Positions 52,719 to 64,000 of a DNA stretch of 64,000 bases are shown piece by piece. Numbering within the stretch: position 1 is the stretch's first letter; every line of letters starts with the position of its first letter. The position numbers and the translations under genes are program-made. This DNA is from Lama guanicoe (lineage: Eukaryota). Below the pieces are notes generated by a model. It was not told where the DNA came from and did not search any database. It was given only the letters and a program-made list of their open reading frames with translations. Location of the stretch: NCBI GenBank assembly GCA_013239625.1, contig MU054001.1, positions 4,380,167 through 4,444,166 on the forward strand. Reading direction: 5' to 3'.

Positions 52719-53896
52719 AAATGGTTAGGATCATAATCACATATATTTACCACAATTAAAAAAATTTTAAATCATATGATAACCTATTATCAAAAAGTCT
52801 TTTTCTTGCTCTCTCACTAGGTTAGGTTCTCCTTAATACTATAGAAAATTCCTCTTTTGCAAAAGGATTTCTTACTCTGTCCTTAAATCCTCTCACCTCC
52901 TCAGTTCCTGGAAAATACATCAAAAAGTCTTTCCCAAAACTTACCAAATGAAAACTAATTTGTCCTGGTTCTCCTTCCCTTAGAGACAACTTGTTTAGCC
53001 CAATACACTCAGAAACAATGAAGAAAATCATAATGTTGGTAATTTAAACACATCTTTGCTAATTTTTTTAAAGATAAAAAAGCTTTTATCTTATGCTTTA
53101 AATATATTTTCATCAAAAAGCTGGAAGAAGTTGATTGAGCTCATTTAATTTATAGACACTTCACCATTTACTGTAATTGGCAAAACCAGTCCTTAATTGT
53201 CAAAACAATCAGCGAAATCACGCTTCATTTCTGTCAGAACCATTTCATCCTTCATTGCAAATCCCTCAGAAAATCAACAGAAGCCAAATTGCTGATATCC
53301 AAACAGTGCTTCACCATTAACAGAAATCTGCACAAGACGAGAAAGTCAACAGCATAGGATGGATTTAACTTGCCTTGGTTCAAGGAGGCTTCAGAGGTAT
53401 CCTATTTCAAATAAGATGTCCCGATTGTTCCTGCTGCCAGCACCTGTCTTTTCTGCGCCAGGACCAGGCCCCATTGTGATTCAGGGTGGTAGGAGATGGG
53501 CCTTTCTTTTGTAAAGTAGGCTTAAGAGCGATCAATCGATCATGAGAGAAGGGAGAATTGGGAATTCTTGCTCTCCGGAGACTCCCTCCCACGCTCTCTC
53601 AGTCCGGGGGGGCAGGGAACCACCCAGAGGATGTGCACTTACATTGATTCACCCCCAAACCTGCTGTTTACCCATCTTCACCACTGTAGTGAATGACCCA
53701 GCATCCACCCGATGCTCAGCTAAGAACCTAGGGGTCATTTTTGATTCCTCTGACCTCCCTTACCCCATAGATCAAGTTCTGCCACCTTACTTCCAAAATA
53801 TATACAACAGAGGGGTCCTGTGCTTCCCTTGTGTAAAGCCTCCTCATTGCTTTCCTTTGCACTTGGAATAAAATCTGAATAATATCTGACCTAGTT

Positions 53897-53943
53897 GAGG
53901 TGACCAACTTGTCCAGGGTCAAACCAGGACATCTGGTGACCCT
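53897..53943. mobile_element. Tiny hAT-Blackjack-like (MER81/MER94) TIR remnant
   Basis: ggtgaccaacttgtcc...ggacatctggtgaccct imperfect inverted repeat. Confidence 0.5.
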
Positions 53944-56900
53944 GCGTACTTCGGTGACTGCTCCTCAAAGACTCCTCCCTCCCCCGATCCCATCCCCTAC
54001 TCCCTCACTTCCCCTCCCTTCATCAGCTTATTTGGCTCCAGTCCCATGGGATCCTTGCTGTTCCTTGAAAGAGTCATGCATGCCTCAGGACCTTTGCACT
54101 TGCTGTTCTCTCTCCTTGGAACTCTTTTGTGTTTTAGAATTCAGCTCCATGCTCCCTCCTCAAAGAGGCCTTGGATCACTCCAGTGGGAGCAGTGCTTTC
54201 ACCATCACCACCTGGTCCCCATTCCTCCCTACTTATTCACTGTGGAATCTGAAGCTCTCCATGCTTCACTTTTTCCTCCGTAAAACGGGAACAGGTGCTG
54301 TCCCTCAAAGGACTGGAGTGGGAAGACAATGAAGTACTCCTTGCTAGGCCCTCAAATCACTGCTGGAACATAGTAAATGTGTGATTACTGCCCTGTCCTG
54401 TTTTCTTCCTGGCCCCTGTCAATATCTGATACAATCATATGTATTTATTTTTCCTATGTTTATTGTCTGTCTCTCCAACTGGAATGTGGACTGCATCAAG
54501 GTGAAGGTCTGTTTTACATCCTTCAGTGCCTAGAACAGTGCCTGGAACAGAGCAAGATGTGTGTTAAGTGTGAATAAAGCTTGATGGTTGCCAATAACAT
54601 GAATGTACCTAATGCTACTGAATTGTACACTTAAAAATGGCGCAAATAGTGAAATTTGTGTTATATATGTCATATTACCACAATAAAAAATGCACACTGA
54701 TGTCACATAATACATCTTTGATAACTTTCTTAGTAACAACAGCAGCAAAACGAATGAAGCTAAGTCTGAGCATCCCAGGAGCGGTCAGTCACTGGGAGAG
54801 GGGGCAGCCTGGGCTTGCAGCTTTCAGGAACTTTTTAACATAACACTCTGGCTTTTCACTGCCTCTCATTGGCATGCATAGCACCCTGGGGAGATGAGCG
54901 GAGGTGGGGACCGGGAATCCCTGGAGACCTGCTGCAGTAGTGGAAAGACTCTGAGAAGTTTGCCTCCTCCACACAGCACTTTAGCAGAGTCCTCGGCAGG
55001 TCGAGCTCCACACTCCGGTTGTGTCACAGTCTTCCATGGACAGTGTCTGCAGCTGATCAACACCGCATCCCTTACCGGCTGTGTGATCCTAGGTAAGTTA
55101 CCCGGTCTTCCTGGGCTTCCCTATAGATGGAAACGGTAAGAGAAGCTCTCTTTCAGTATTGGTGTTAGGACTGAATGGGATAAAGTATGTAAAATGCTTA
55201 GAAAGGTGCCCACTCTGTTGATAGTGCTATGTAAATATTAGCTGTTATTAATATTTTTATTATTCATCCAGTTATTTAAGCTAAAATTTTAGGAGTTATT
55301 CATGTGCTTTCTCCCCTCTTCTCATGTCCATTCTTCAAAATGTAACTTTTTTTTTCTTTTTAGACAATTTATTGAGGTATCATTCACATACAATAAAATG
55401 TATGTACAATTGACTGACAAACATACAGTTATATAAACTCTCCCCTAATTAAGATATAGAGCTGTCAATATTCAACAAAATTTTCTTGACTCTTTGCAAT
55501 TTTTCCTTGCCAAATGTAACTTAAATTCATTCACTTTTTCTTCTTAAACGTCCACGAGTTTTGCCTCTTACACGGAAGTCTTTAGCCTGGTCAGGGATAC
55601 AGCGAATTTCTCTTCATTTCCATATGGATGATCAGTTGTTCCAGCACCATTTACTGAATAGCCTTTTTTCTCCCTGCTGATCAACTTGGACAGCCTTGTC
55701 TATACATCAAGTTTCAGTGTCTGCAAAGTTCAGTTTCTGGACTCTATTCCATTGGCCAGTCTTTATCGATTTTCCTTCTGCCTCATCTCTTAAGTGTAAT
55801 CCATCAGCAAGTCCATACTATGTTCAAGACACCTCAAACCCATCTTCACTTTATCCACTGCCGCCATCATCTCCCAGGGGACGACTGCGGCAGCTCTCAT
55901 CCGCTTCTCCCCACTTGCACTCTGCAACACCCCCGCCCCTGGCCATTCTCCTTATTGCAACTCTAGAGGTCACTTTCTCCTTTTAAAATGACAAGATGTT
56001 TGATACAAAAATATAAAAGGACCATGTGTGGAGGTTATGAGACATGGTCATAAAACAAGCCCCATGAGCCCACCTTGCTACCTAGGAAACAGAACAGTAG
56101 CAGATCCTTTGATGTCCTGAGTGTCCTCTGCACTACTGGGAATTCATTCTTTTTTTTTTTTTTAAATTCGTTCTTTTAAATTATTCTCCTGCTTTCCTTT
56201 ATAGTTTTACCACATACATATTCCTAAGCAACTTATTCAATTTTGCCCATTTGTCAACTTTACAAAAATAGTCTTGTGCTGTGAATTTCCCTCTGAGAAT
56301 TGGTTCGTGTATTCACCATTACTAATTCTAAGATGCATCAGTGTTGAGGTATGTAGCCATCGGATAGTCATTTTCACTGCTACTTGGGAATCCATTGCAA
56401 AATCCGTTATTTGTTCATGCATTCTACCATTGATAGACACTTGGATTGTTGCTTTTTCTTTCCCCTCTTATTTCTATTATGAAAAATACATACTTGTACA
56501 GGGGTTTCTTCTGGGTAGTGACTTTCAACTTTTCCCTGCTAATATTCTCTGTAAGAAACCTATTTTATCTTGTGGCCCAGTACACACAAACATCTATTTA
56601 TCTTGACCTTTCGTGATACATCTCGGCATTTTCTGTGCTACTCTATTTCATTTTTTAAAAAGATGTTGACCCACAAAATAATTTCATGACCAACCAATTC
56701 ATAATGTGGAGAATTCTGTAGTCTAGTTTGGGTATACACTCAGGAGTAGGATTGCTGGGTCATGGGTTGTGAACATAGTCCACTTTATCAGGAAAACAAA
56801 GTGGCTCTCCAAAGTAGTTACAATAATTGGCCTCTCAACAGTCTAGCATTAGAACTGAATTTTCCTCCACATCCTTACTTGGCGGTGTGGGACTTCTAGA

Positions 56901-57714
56901 TTTTTGCCAATCCAGTGGTTGTAAAATACTATCTCGTCATGGTTCATCTTGAGTAATGTGCCTGCCCATGTCTTTTGCTATTTTACTCTTGGATTTTTTT
57001 GGCTTTTTCTGAATGATTTGTTAGAGTTCTTTAAATGTGAAAGTTCTTTAAAACATTTAAAGAACATAAAAAATAAATCTTTCATTCATAATATTTGTTG
57101 TATTATCTCTTAGTTTATATCTTACCTTTTCGCTTTTATTAGCAAAAGCTGGTGAACAGAAATGATTAATTTTAATTTAGTCAAAGTTGTCAATAATTTC
57201 CTTTGTAGTTAGTGCTTTTTGGATCTTGTTTAAAAAATTCCTCTCTTCTGAGGTTATAAAGATATTCTCCAAAATTTTATGCTAAACACAGTATAAAAAT
57301 TTTAAACCTTTAACCACTAGGAATTTATGCAAATTCTCTTTTTTTCCATATGGATGACCAGTTGTTCCAGCACCTTTTACTAAATGGCTAATCTTTACTC
57401 ACTGATCTGCTAGGGTAACGCTGTCTATGTCAACCTCCACCAAGTGTCCATTTCGGTGCTCCCATCAGTTCCTTTTATCTATAGGTCTGTTCCTGCCCAA
57501 TTCACACTATAATTAATTAACTTCACTATAATTGTCTTGAGTATTCTTGGCCCCTTTACCCTTCTATATCCCCTTTAGACTCAGCTGGACAAGTTTTATG
57601 ACAAACTCTGCTGAGACTTTGGAATTACACTGCCTTTAGAAATCGTCTTGAGGAGAGTTGACAACTTTATGATATTGAATAACCCATCAGTAGCATCATT
57701 TAGCTCTCCTTTTC

Positions 57715-59125
57715 AGAAAATTGAGATATAATTGACAGATAATATTGTATTAGTTTTAGGTGTACAGTATAACAATTTGATGTACGTTTACTGTGAAATG
57801 ATTACCGCAATATGTTTAGTTAATATCTATTACCACATAACTCCTTTTCTTGTGATGAGAGCTTTTTAAGATTTATTCTTTTGGCAACTTTCAAATGTAC
57901 AATGTTGACTGAAAAAACAAAACCTAAAAGTTGAGAATTATGTTTTATTTGGCGTACTTTCTGAGGACTTAAGCCTGGAAAACAGCCTCTCAGATAGCCC
58001 CGAGGGCTGCCAGGAAATATAGGAGTTTTTGCAACAAAAACCAGGTAGTGAAAGATTACTGTTACAGAAAACTATACATTCCAAGTTAATGAATTTAGCT
58101 ATCTTCTGTGTGTGGGAAGATGCAAGATTGTGGGCTCATTGAAATCATTCCTTTGATATACACCTTAACTATCTAGGGCCAATGCTCTGTTCTTTTTGGT
58201 TCTGAGTCCCCTCAGGGTGCACCACTGGGGGCAGCTGCAGTGACTTGGCAGCAGGCAGCCTGTTTATCTCCATCCTGACTTCCTTCAGGGCTCACCTTTA
58301 GGACAGCTATAGTGAATGACAGCTTGATGTCTACAACATCCTTTGTTTACTAATATGGCTGGTGACAACTTTCATTCACAATAATATAGTATTTTTAGTT
58401 GTAGTCACCATGCTGTACATTACATCCCTAGGGCTTATTTATTATATAGTTAGAAGTCTATACCTTTTGACCACCTTCACCCATTTTGCCCATCCCTACC
58501 CCACTGCGTCTGGCAACCACAAATCTGTTCTTATATCAATGAGTTTTTTTTTTTTTTAAGATTCCACCTGTAACTAAAATCACTCAGTATCTGCCTTTCT
58601 CGGTCTGACTTATTTCACTTAGCATAATGCCCTCAAAGCCCATCCATGTTGTCACAAATGACAGGATTTCCTTTTTAATGGCTGAATAATATTCCACTAG
58701 GTGTACATCAATCGCATTTTTTTAATCTGTTTATCCATCAATGGACACTTCGGTTGTTTCCATGTCTTGGCTATTGTAAGTAATGCAGAAATGAACATGG
58801 GGGTGCAGGTATCTTTTCAAGATAGTGATTTCATTTTCTTTGGCTAAATACCCAGAAGAGGAATTGCTGGGTCATTAGATAGCACTATTTTTAGATTTTG
58901 GGGGGAAACTCCATATTGTTTTCCATCATGGCTGTATCAGTTTACATTCCTACCAACAGTGCTCAGAGGTTCCCTTTTCTCCACATCCTGGCCAGTACTT
59001 GTTATCTCTTTTTAATAGTAGCCATTCTAACAGGCAGAGGTGATATCTCATTGTGGTATTGATTTGCATTTCCCTGATGACTAGTGATGCTGACCATCTT
59101 TTCATGTACCAGGTGGCCATCTGTT
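57715..59125 (-). mobile_element. L1MA-like 3' region interrupted by a solo LTR
   Basis: tagtcaccatgctgtacatt, gacttatttcacttagcataatg, gatttgcatttccctgatg. Confidence 0.85.
57903..58380 (-). mobile_element. ERV1-like solo LTR (478 bp)
   Basis: TG...CA termini; 4-bp TSD-like acaa/ataa; minus-strand AATAAA near 57945; the host L1 resumes in register. Confidence 0.75.
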
Positions 59126-60024
59126 TTTTAGTGTTGTTGTTTTTAAACAATACCAAAAAGATAAAAAGAAAATATTGGCGTTTATCACACATCATAAGGT
59201 TGAGAGCTGAGACCTCCTTCATCCTTAAATATCAGGCCACATGGCTAAATTATTTGTTCCAGGGAAATCTTTTCTGGGAAAATAAGGCTGTGAACCAATA
59301 ATGACTTCACCGTTTGCTTTAAGAAATTCCTATAAACCCATTTGGCTAGTTTGTTCATAGAGGCAAACAGCTCATTTACCAATGTTTAACATGACTCCCT
59401 TCAAAATCTTCACCTTGTGTGGTTAGGAGTTCTAAACTATGATGTCTTGAATTTTGTCCAGTCCCAATCAGTTCCTCCCCTTGAAAGTTTCACCTTGAAA
59501 CATTTGAGCTCTTATCTCCAAAGGGACACATGCCCCTTCCTGACATCCTTCTGAGACACCACTAAGACTGAAGGTGGTGTTACCATCACTGCAGCAGGTC
59601 TCATACATTTAGCTCTTTGACAGGTTTTCTGGTGGTTTTTCAGGAGTTGACATTCCACCAGGATCTAGTTGAGACCCTCCCTCCCAATCTCCCACCCACT
59701 GATAATTTTAGATTCTCAAATGGGTAAGGCCTTTGGAACCTCCTGTTCAAGAGTGTTTGCAACCTTGACAGTCAGCGTGTTTCACAGTGGATCTGATTTC
59801 TTGTTGTCTAACTTACTTTGTCTCAGGAATGAGGAAACCGTTTTAGAAATCTCTGACGACCCCATCAGATCGGAAACCTTTCCTCCTTGGCGGAAACCCT
59901 CCTTGTTACTAACAGTGTTCCTATCTTGTTACTGTCTGTTTCCATCACTGTTTACTGTGAGTCTACGAGAGGATGGACGTGGGTCTGATTAGTCTGCTCT
60001 TGGCCTAGAGGGCTGATCAGGCTC

Positions 60025-63000
60025 CAGCTGATTCAGTTCCTGGTGAGCGTTCTCTTCCTGGATCGCAGGCAGCTGCCTTCTCACTATGTCTTCACATGGC
60101 CGTTCCTCGGTGTGTGTGTGCACAGGGTGGTGGTGAGGGGAAGATGAATGGTGGGGGTCAGGGAGAGCAGAGAGAGGTAGGGAGAGGTTGTGTTATGTGT
60201 ATTTTACCACAATTTAAAAATTAAAAAAAAAATCCCTCACTGAAAGCAGGTAGATTCATGCTGTGTGCCGAAGGAATAAAATGTTAAAGCTATAAGAAGG
60301 AAAAAGACCTTACAGATGGATTTACAGTAGTTCAGGAAACATGTAGTCCACATAGTCCAGGGCTTCATGATCTGTCTCGATTGATATGTTAGTTAGGGAG
60401 GAGGGAGATGGTAGGGATGATAAGAAGAGGGAGAGAGAGAGAGGGAGGGAGGACTCTTCAATATCTCTTCTCATAAGGACAGTAATCCTACAGGAACAGG
60501 GCCCCCTACCCTTATGACTTCATTTAGCCTTAATTACTTCTTTTTTTTTTTTTTTTTGTGATTTGGGTAGATTTTTATTTCTGAGGGCCATATATTCTTT
60601 TTGTTTGTTTGTTTCCAAACCTTCATTATTATTTCTTTTTAACAGACTTTATTCTTTTAGAGCAGTTTCAGGTTCACAACAGAATTGAGCAGAAAATACA
60701 GAGTTCCCACATAGCCCTCCCCACCCACACATATATACTCCCCTTTCCTCAACATCCCTCATCAGTGTGGCATATTTGGTACAAGCGATGAACCAACACG
60801 GGCACATTATTATCAATCAAAGTCCATAGTTTACATTAGGGCTTACTCTTGATGTACATTCTACTGGTTTTGACAAATGCATAATGACATGTAGCCACCA
60901 CTATAATATCATATAGAATAATTTCATTGCCCTAAAAATTTCTTGTGCTCCATCTATTTATTCCTCCTTCCCTCCCTCTCCCCCAAACCCTGGAAACCAC
61001 AATTTTTTTATTGTTTCTGTAGCTGTGCCTTTTCTAGAGTGTCATTTGGTTGGAAGCGTACAGTTTGTAGCCTTTTCAGACTGGCTTCTTTCACTTAGTA
61101 ATATGTCCTATAAGTTTCTTCTATGTCTTTCATGGCTTGATAGATCTTTTTTTTTTTTACTGCACATATATTTTTAAATTTACATACATGTACTGTTCAT
61201 TGTTTCTAAGAATGTTTAGAGCTTTAGCTTTTTAAACTTACATAGTTATCAAAGGAATGAAACCAACCACAAAATAAGAATTAACTCAAAAAGATACATA
61301 CACCCTGCCATTAACAGCAACATTATTTATAATTGCCAATATATGGAAGTATCTTAAGTGCACATCAAAGGCTGAACAGATAATGGAGATGCAGCATATA
61401 TATATGTAATAGAATACAACTCACCCATTAAAAAGAAGGATATTTTGCCATTTGCTGCCCTTCATTCACTTTTTTTTTTTTACTTCAAGACCAGAATTTC
61501 ATAACTGGCACAAACATTTCCATTACATCAAAACCAACAAAATATCTAGAAATAAACTTAACCAAGGAGGTTACCTATACTCTGAAAACCAAAATGACAC
61601 AAAGAAATGGAAAGATTTCTTGTGCTCTTGGATTGGAAGAATCAACATTATCAAAATGGCCACACTACCCAAAGCAATCAACAGATCCAACTCAACCTCC
61701 ACAAAAATACTTGCGACATTCCTCACAGAACTAGAACAAACAATTCCAAAAATTCTAAGGAACCACAAAAGACCCTGAACAGCCAAAGCAATCTTTTGTA
61801 GGTCTCTTTTTTTTCCTCTTTCTTCTTTTTGTTCTCTTTTCTTATGATTTGCTGACTAGAGAAGTTCCTTTAACATTTGTTGTAAAGCTGGTTTGGTGGT
61901 GCTGAAATTTTTTAGCTCTTGTTTATCTGTGAAGCTTTTGATTTCTCCATCAAGTCTGAAGGAGAGCCTTGCTGGATAGAGTATTCTTGGTTGTAAGTTT
62001 CCCCTTGCATCACTTTAAATATATCGTGCCACTCCTTTCTGACCTGTAGAGTTTCTGCTGAAAAATCAGCTGATAACCTTATGGGAGCTTCCTTGTGTGT
62101 TATTCATTGCTTTTCTGTTGCTAATTTTTATATTTTCTCCTTAACTGGTGACAGTTTGATGACTATGTGTTCTTCTTTGGGTTGATTCTGTGTGGTACTC
62201 TCTGTACTTCCAGGACTTGGGTGACTGTTTCCTTTCCCAAGTTGGGGAAGTTTTCGGTTATTTTCTCTCCAAAATTTTTCTCAGGTCCTTTCTCGCTCTC
62301 TTCTTTTTCTAGGACCCCTATAATGCGAATATTAGAGCACTTCATGATGTCCCAGAGTTCTCTTATTCTTTTTTATTCTTTTTTCTTTTTTCTGTTCTGA
62401 AGTAGTGATTTCCACTAATCTGCCTTCTAGCTCACTGATCGTTCTTCTGCCTCATTTAGTCTATTCTTGGTTCCTTCTAGTGTATTGTTCACTGATTTTA
62501 TTTTTCAACTCTGTTTGAGTATTTTTTATATTTTCCAACTCTTTGCTAAAAACTTCACTCTGTGCATCTGTACTCTTCTTGAGTTCTCTGAACATCTTGG
62601 CCATCATTACTTTAAATTCTTTCTCAGATAAATTGCCTTTCTCCTCATTACCTATTTCTTCTTCTGGGATTTTATCTTGTGCCTTGGCCTGGGAGATATT
62701 CCTCTGCCACCTCATATCGTCTGTCTTTCTATGGTTTGTGGATTCCTTCCACAGGCTTTGAGATTGTTGCTTTCTTATTTCTGGTATCTGCCCCTGGTGG
62801 ATGAGGCTGGACTAGAGGCTTATGCAGGTTTCCTGGCAGGAGGAGCTGGTGCCTGCCCACTGCTGGGTGATGCTTGGTCCTGGACCTCTGGTGGGTGGGA
62901 CTGTGTCTAGAGACCTTTGTGACTTAGGAAGTCTGCTGATGGGTGAGGCTGTGTTCCCACCCAGTATGTTGTTTGGCCTGAGGCTTCCCTACAGGCAGTC

Positions 63001-63754
63001 GGGTGGGGCTAGGTCTTGGTGCTAAAGATCTAATCAAGATGTCAGCCTTCAGGAAAGCTCATGTCGATCAACACTCCCAGAATGCCCGCCACCAGCTTTT
63101 ACGTCCCCTGAGTGGCCGCAGCCATTCCCCATGTCCTCAGGAGACCCTCCAAATCCAGCAAGGAGGTCTGGGCCAGGTTCCTATAAAATCACTGCCTCTG
63201 CCCTTGGACCTGGTGCACATGAGTTTCTGTGTATGCTTCTCAAGCGAATGGAGTCTCGGTTTCCTCCAGTCTTGTGAGGCTCCCAGAGCCAAGCCCCCCA
63301 GCCTTCAAAACCAGATGTCCTGGGGTATCCTTCTCTTCCCAATGCTGGGCCCCGAGCTGGGGAGCCTGACGTGGGGCTCAGAGCTCTCACTCCTGTGGGA
63401 GGGCCTCTGTGACTTAACAAATCTTCAGCTTGTGGGTCGCCCACCTGGGAGGTATGGGGCCCAATTATATTGTGAGCATGCCCCTCCTACCGTCCGGCTG
63501 TGGTTCCCTCTTTATGTTTCCAGTTGCAGAAGATCTTTTTTGCTAGGTTCCAGTCTTTTTTCGATGGTTGTTTAGCATTCAGTTGTGGTTTCGTTGTAGT
63601 CGCAAGGAGAGGCAAGCTCATGGTCCTACTACTCCACCATCTTGTTTGGAATTCAGTTACTTCCTTAAAGGACCTCTCTCCAAACACAGCCATCATGGGG
63701 GTTAGGGCTTCAATGTATGAATTTGGGAGGAATATGAACATTCCGTCCATAACA
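60025..63754 (-). mobile_element. MLT1 LTR split by a composite L1 insertion (halves about 60025-60540 and 63655-63754)
   Basis: cctggtgag..ttcctgg, tgacttcatttagccttaattacttc | cttaaaggacc...ggggttagggcttca...ccataaca. Confidence 0.75.
61800..63654 (-). mobile_element. L1 5'UTR plus frameshifted ORF1 (start about 62715)
   Basis: MRWQRNISQ..NLSEKEFK and NIRIIGV..ITENFPNLGKE are L1 ORF1p motifs; 5' end caagatggtggagtag. Confidence 0.85.
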
Positions 63755-64000
63755 CACTGTGCAATATTATTGAGCCTTAAAAAAGATGGACATTCCGATA
63801 CATGCTACGACATGGATGAACCTTGAGGCCACTATGCTATGTGAAAGGAGCCAGTCACAAAATGACAAACATTGTATGATTCCACTTCTGTGAAGCACCT
63901 GGAGTGGTCAAAATCAGAGACAGAAAGTAGAAAGAGTTCTGGCAATGGATGGCAGTGACGGTCACATGGCAACACGAATGTACTTAATACCACTGAACTG
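63755..64000 (+). mobile_element. L1MB-like 3' end running off the window
   Basis: catggatgaaccttgagg..gccagtcacaaa..taccactgaactg. Confidence 0.75.

Larger units (their letters stand above)
51715..52770 (+). mobile_element. L1MB-like 3' end carrying two nested SINEs
   Basis: gaggatgtggagaaaccggaacac, tagaactaccataggatccagcaatccc, ttttaccacaatt. Confidence 0.85.
50696..53260 (-). mobile_element. Fossil hAT (Charlie/Buster-type) transposase C-terminal region, in three pieces
   Basis: Manual translation: FADCFDN, KLNELN, YFP...RNPF (52790-53260); FLP*PSTS*CEKEFS (51555-51715); ...LYLSH* (50696-50780). Confidence 0.75.

Noticed and set aside
59190..60000. Possible additional ERV LTR plus internal fragment
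   Set aside because: Only a vague resemblance; termini, primer-binding site and TSD could not be fixed

Overview
This is mammalian genomic DNA, most likely camelid, judging from about ten tRNA-Ala-derived Vic-1-type SINEs; the species is an inference. The window holds two spliced genes on the minus strand, adjacent as at human 16q12.1. CNEP1R1 (TMEM188) is complete: 6 coding exons, 378 nt, 125 aa, ATG at 44975, stop at 34291, with a 121-nt U12-type intron 4. HEATR3 is partial: exons 1-11, ATG at 21265, continuing beyond base 1. Each gene has a CpG-island promoter. The rest is intronic or intergenic and rich in transposon fossils (L1, L2, MIR, MLT1, an ERV1-like solo LTR, MER20, MER104). The most notable observations are: the minor-spliceosome intron; a frame-disrupted counterpart of a CNEP1R1 cassette exon I recall from human; a hAT/Charlie transposase fossil split into three by nested insertions; a 3.1-kb composite L1 insertion (5'UTR plus ORF1, inverted ORF2 pieces, non-L1 cargo) bounded by one apparent TSD; inverted repeat pairs bracketing exons; and several near poly(A)-only insertions. 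I found no prokaryotic-type system or CRISPR array and cannot support a wholly new biological system. Repeat family names come from recognition, not a database search, and repeat boundaries are approximate.
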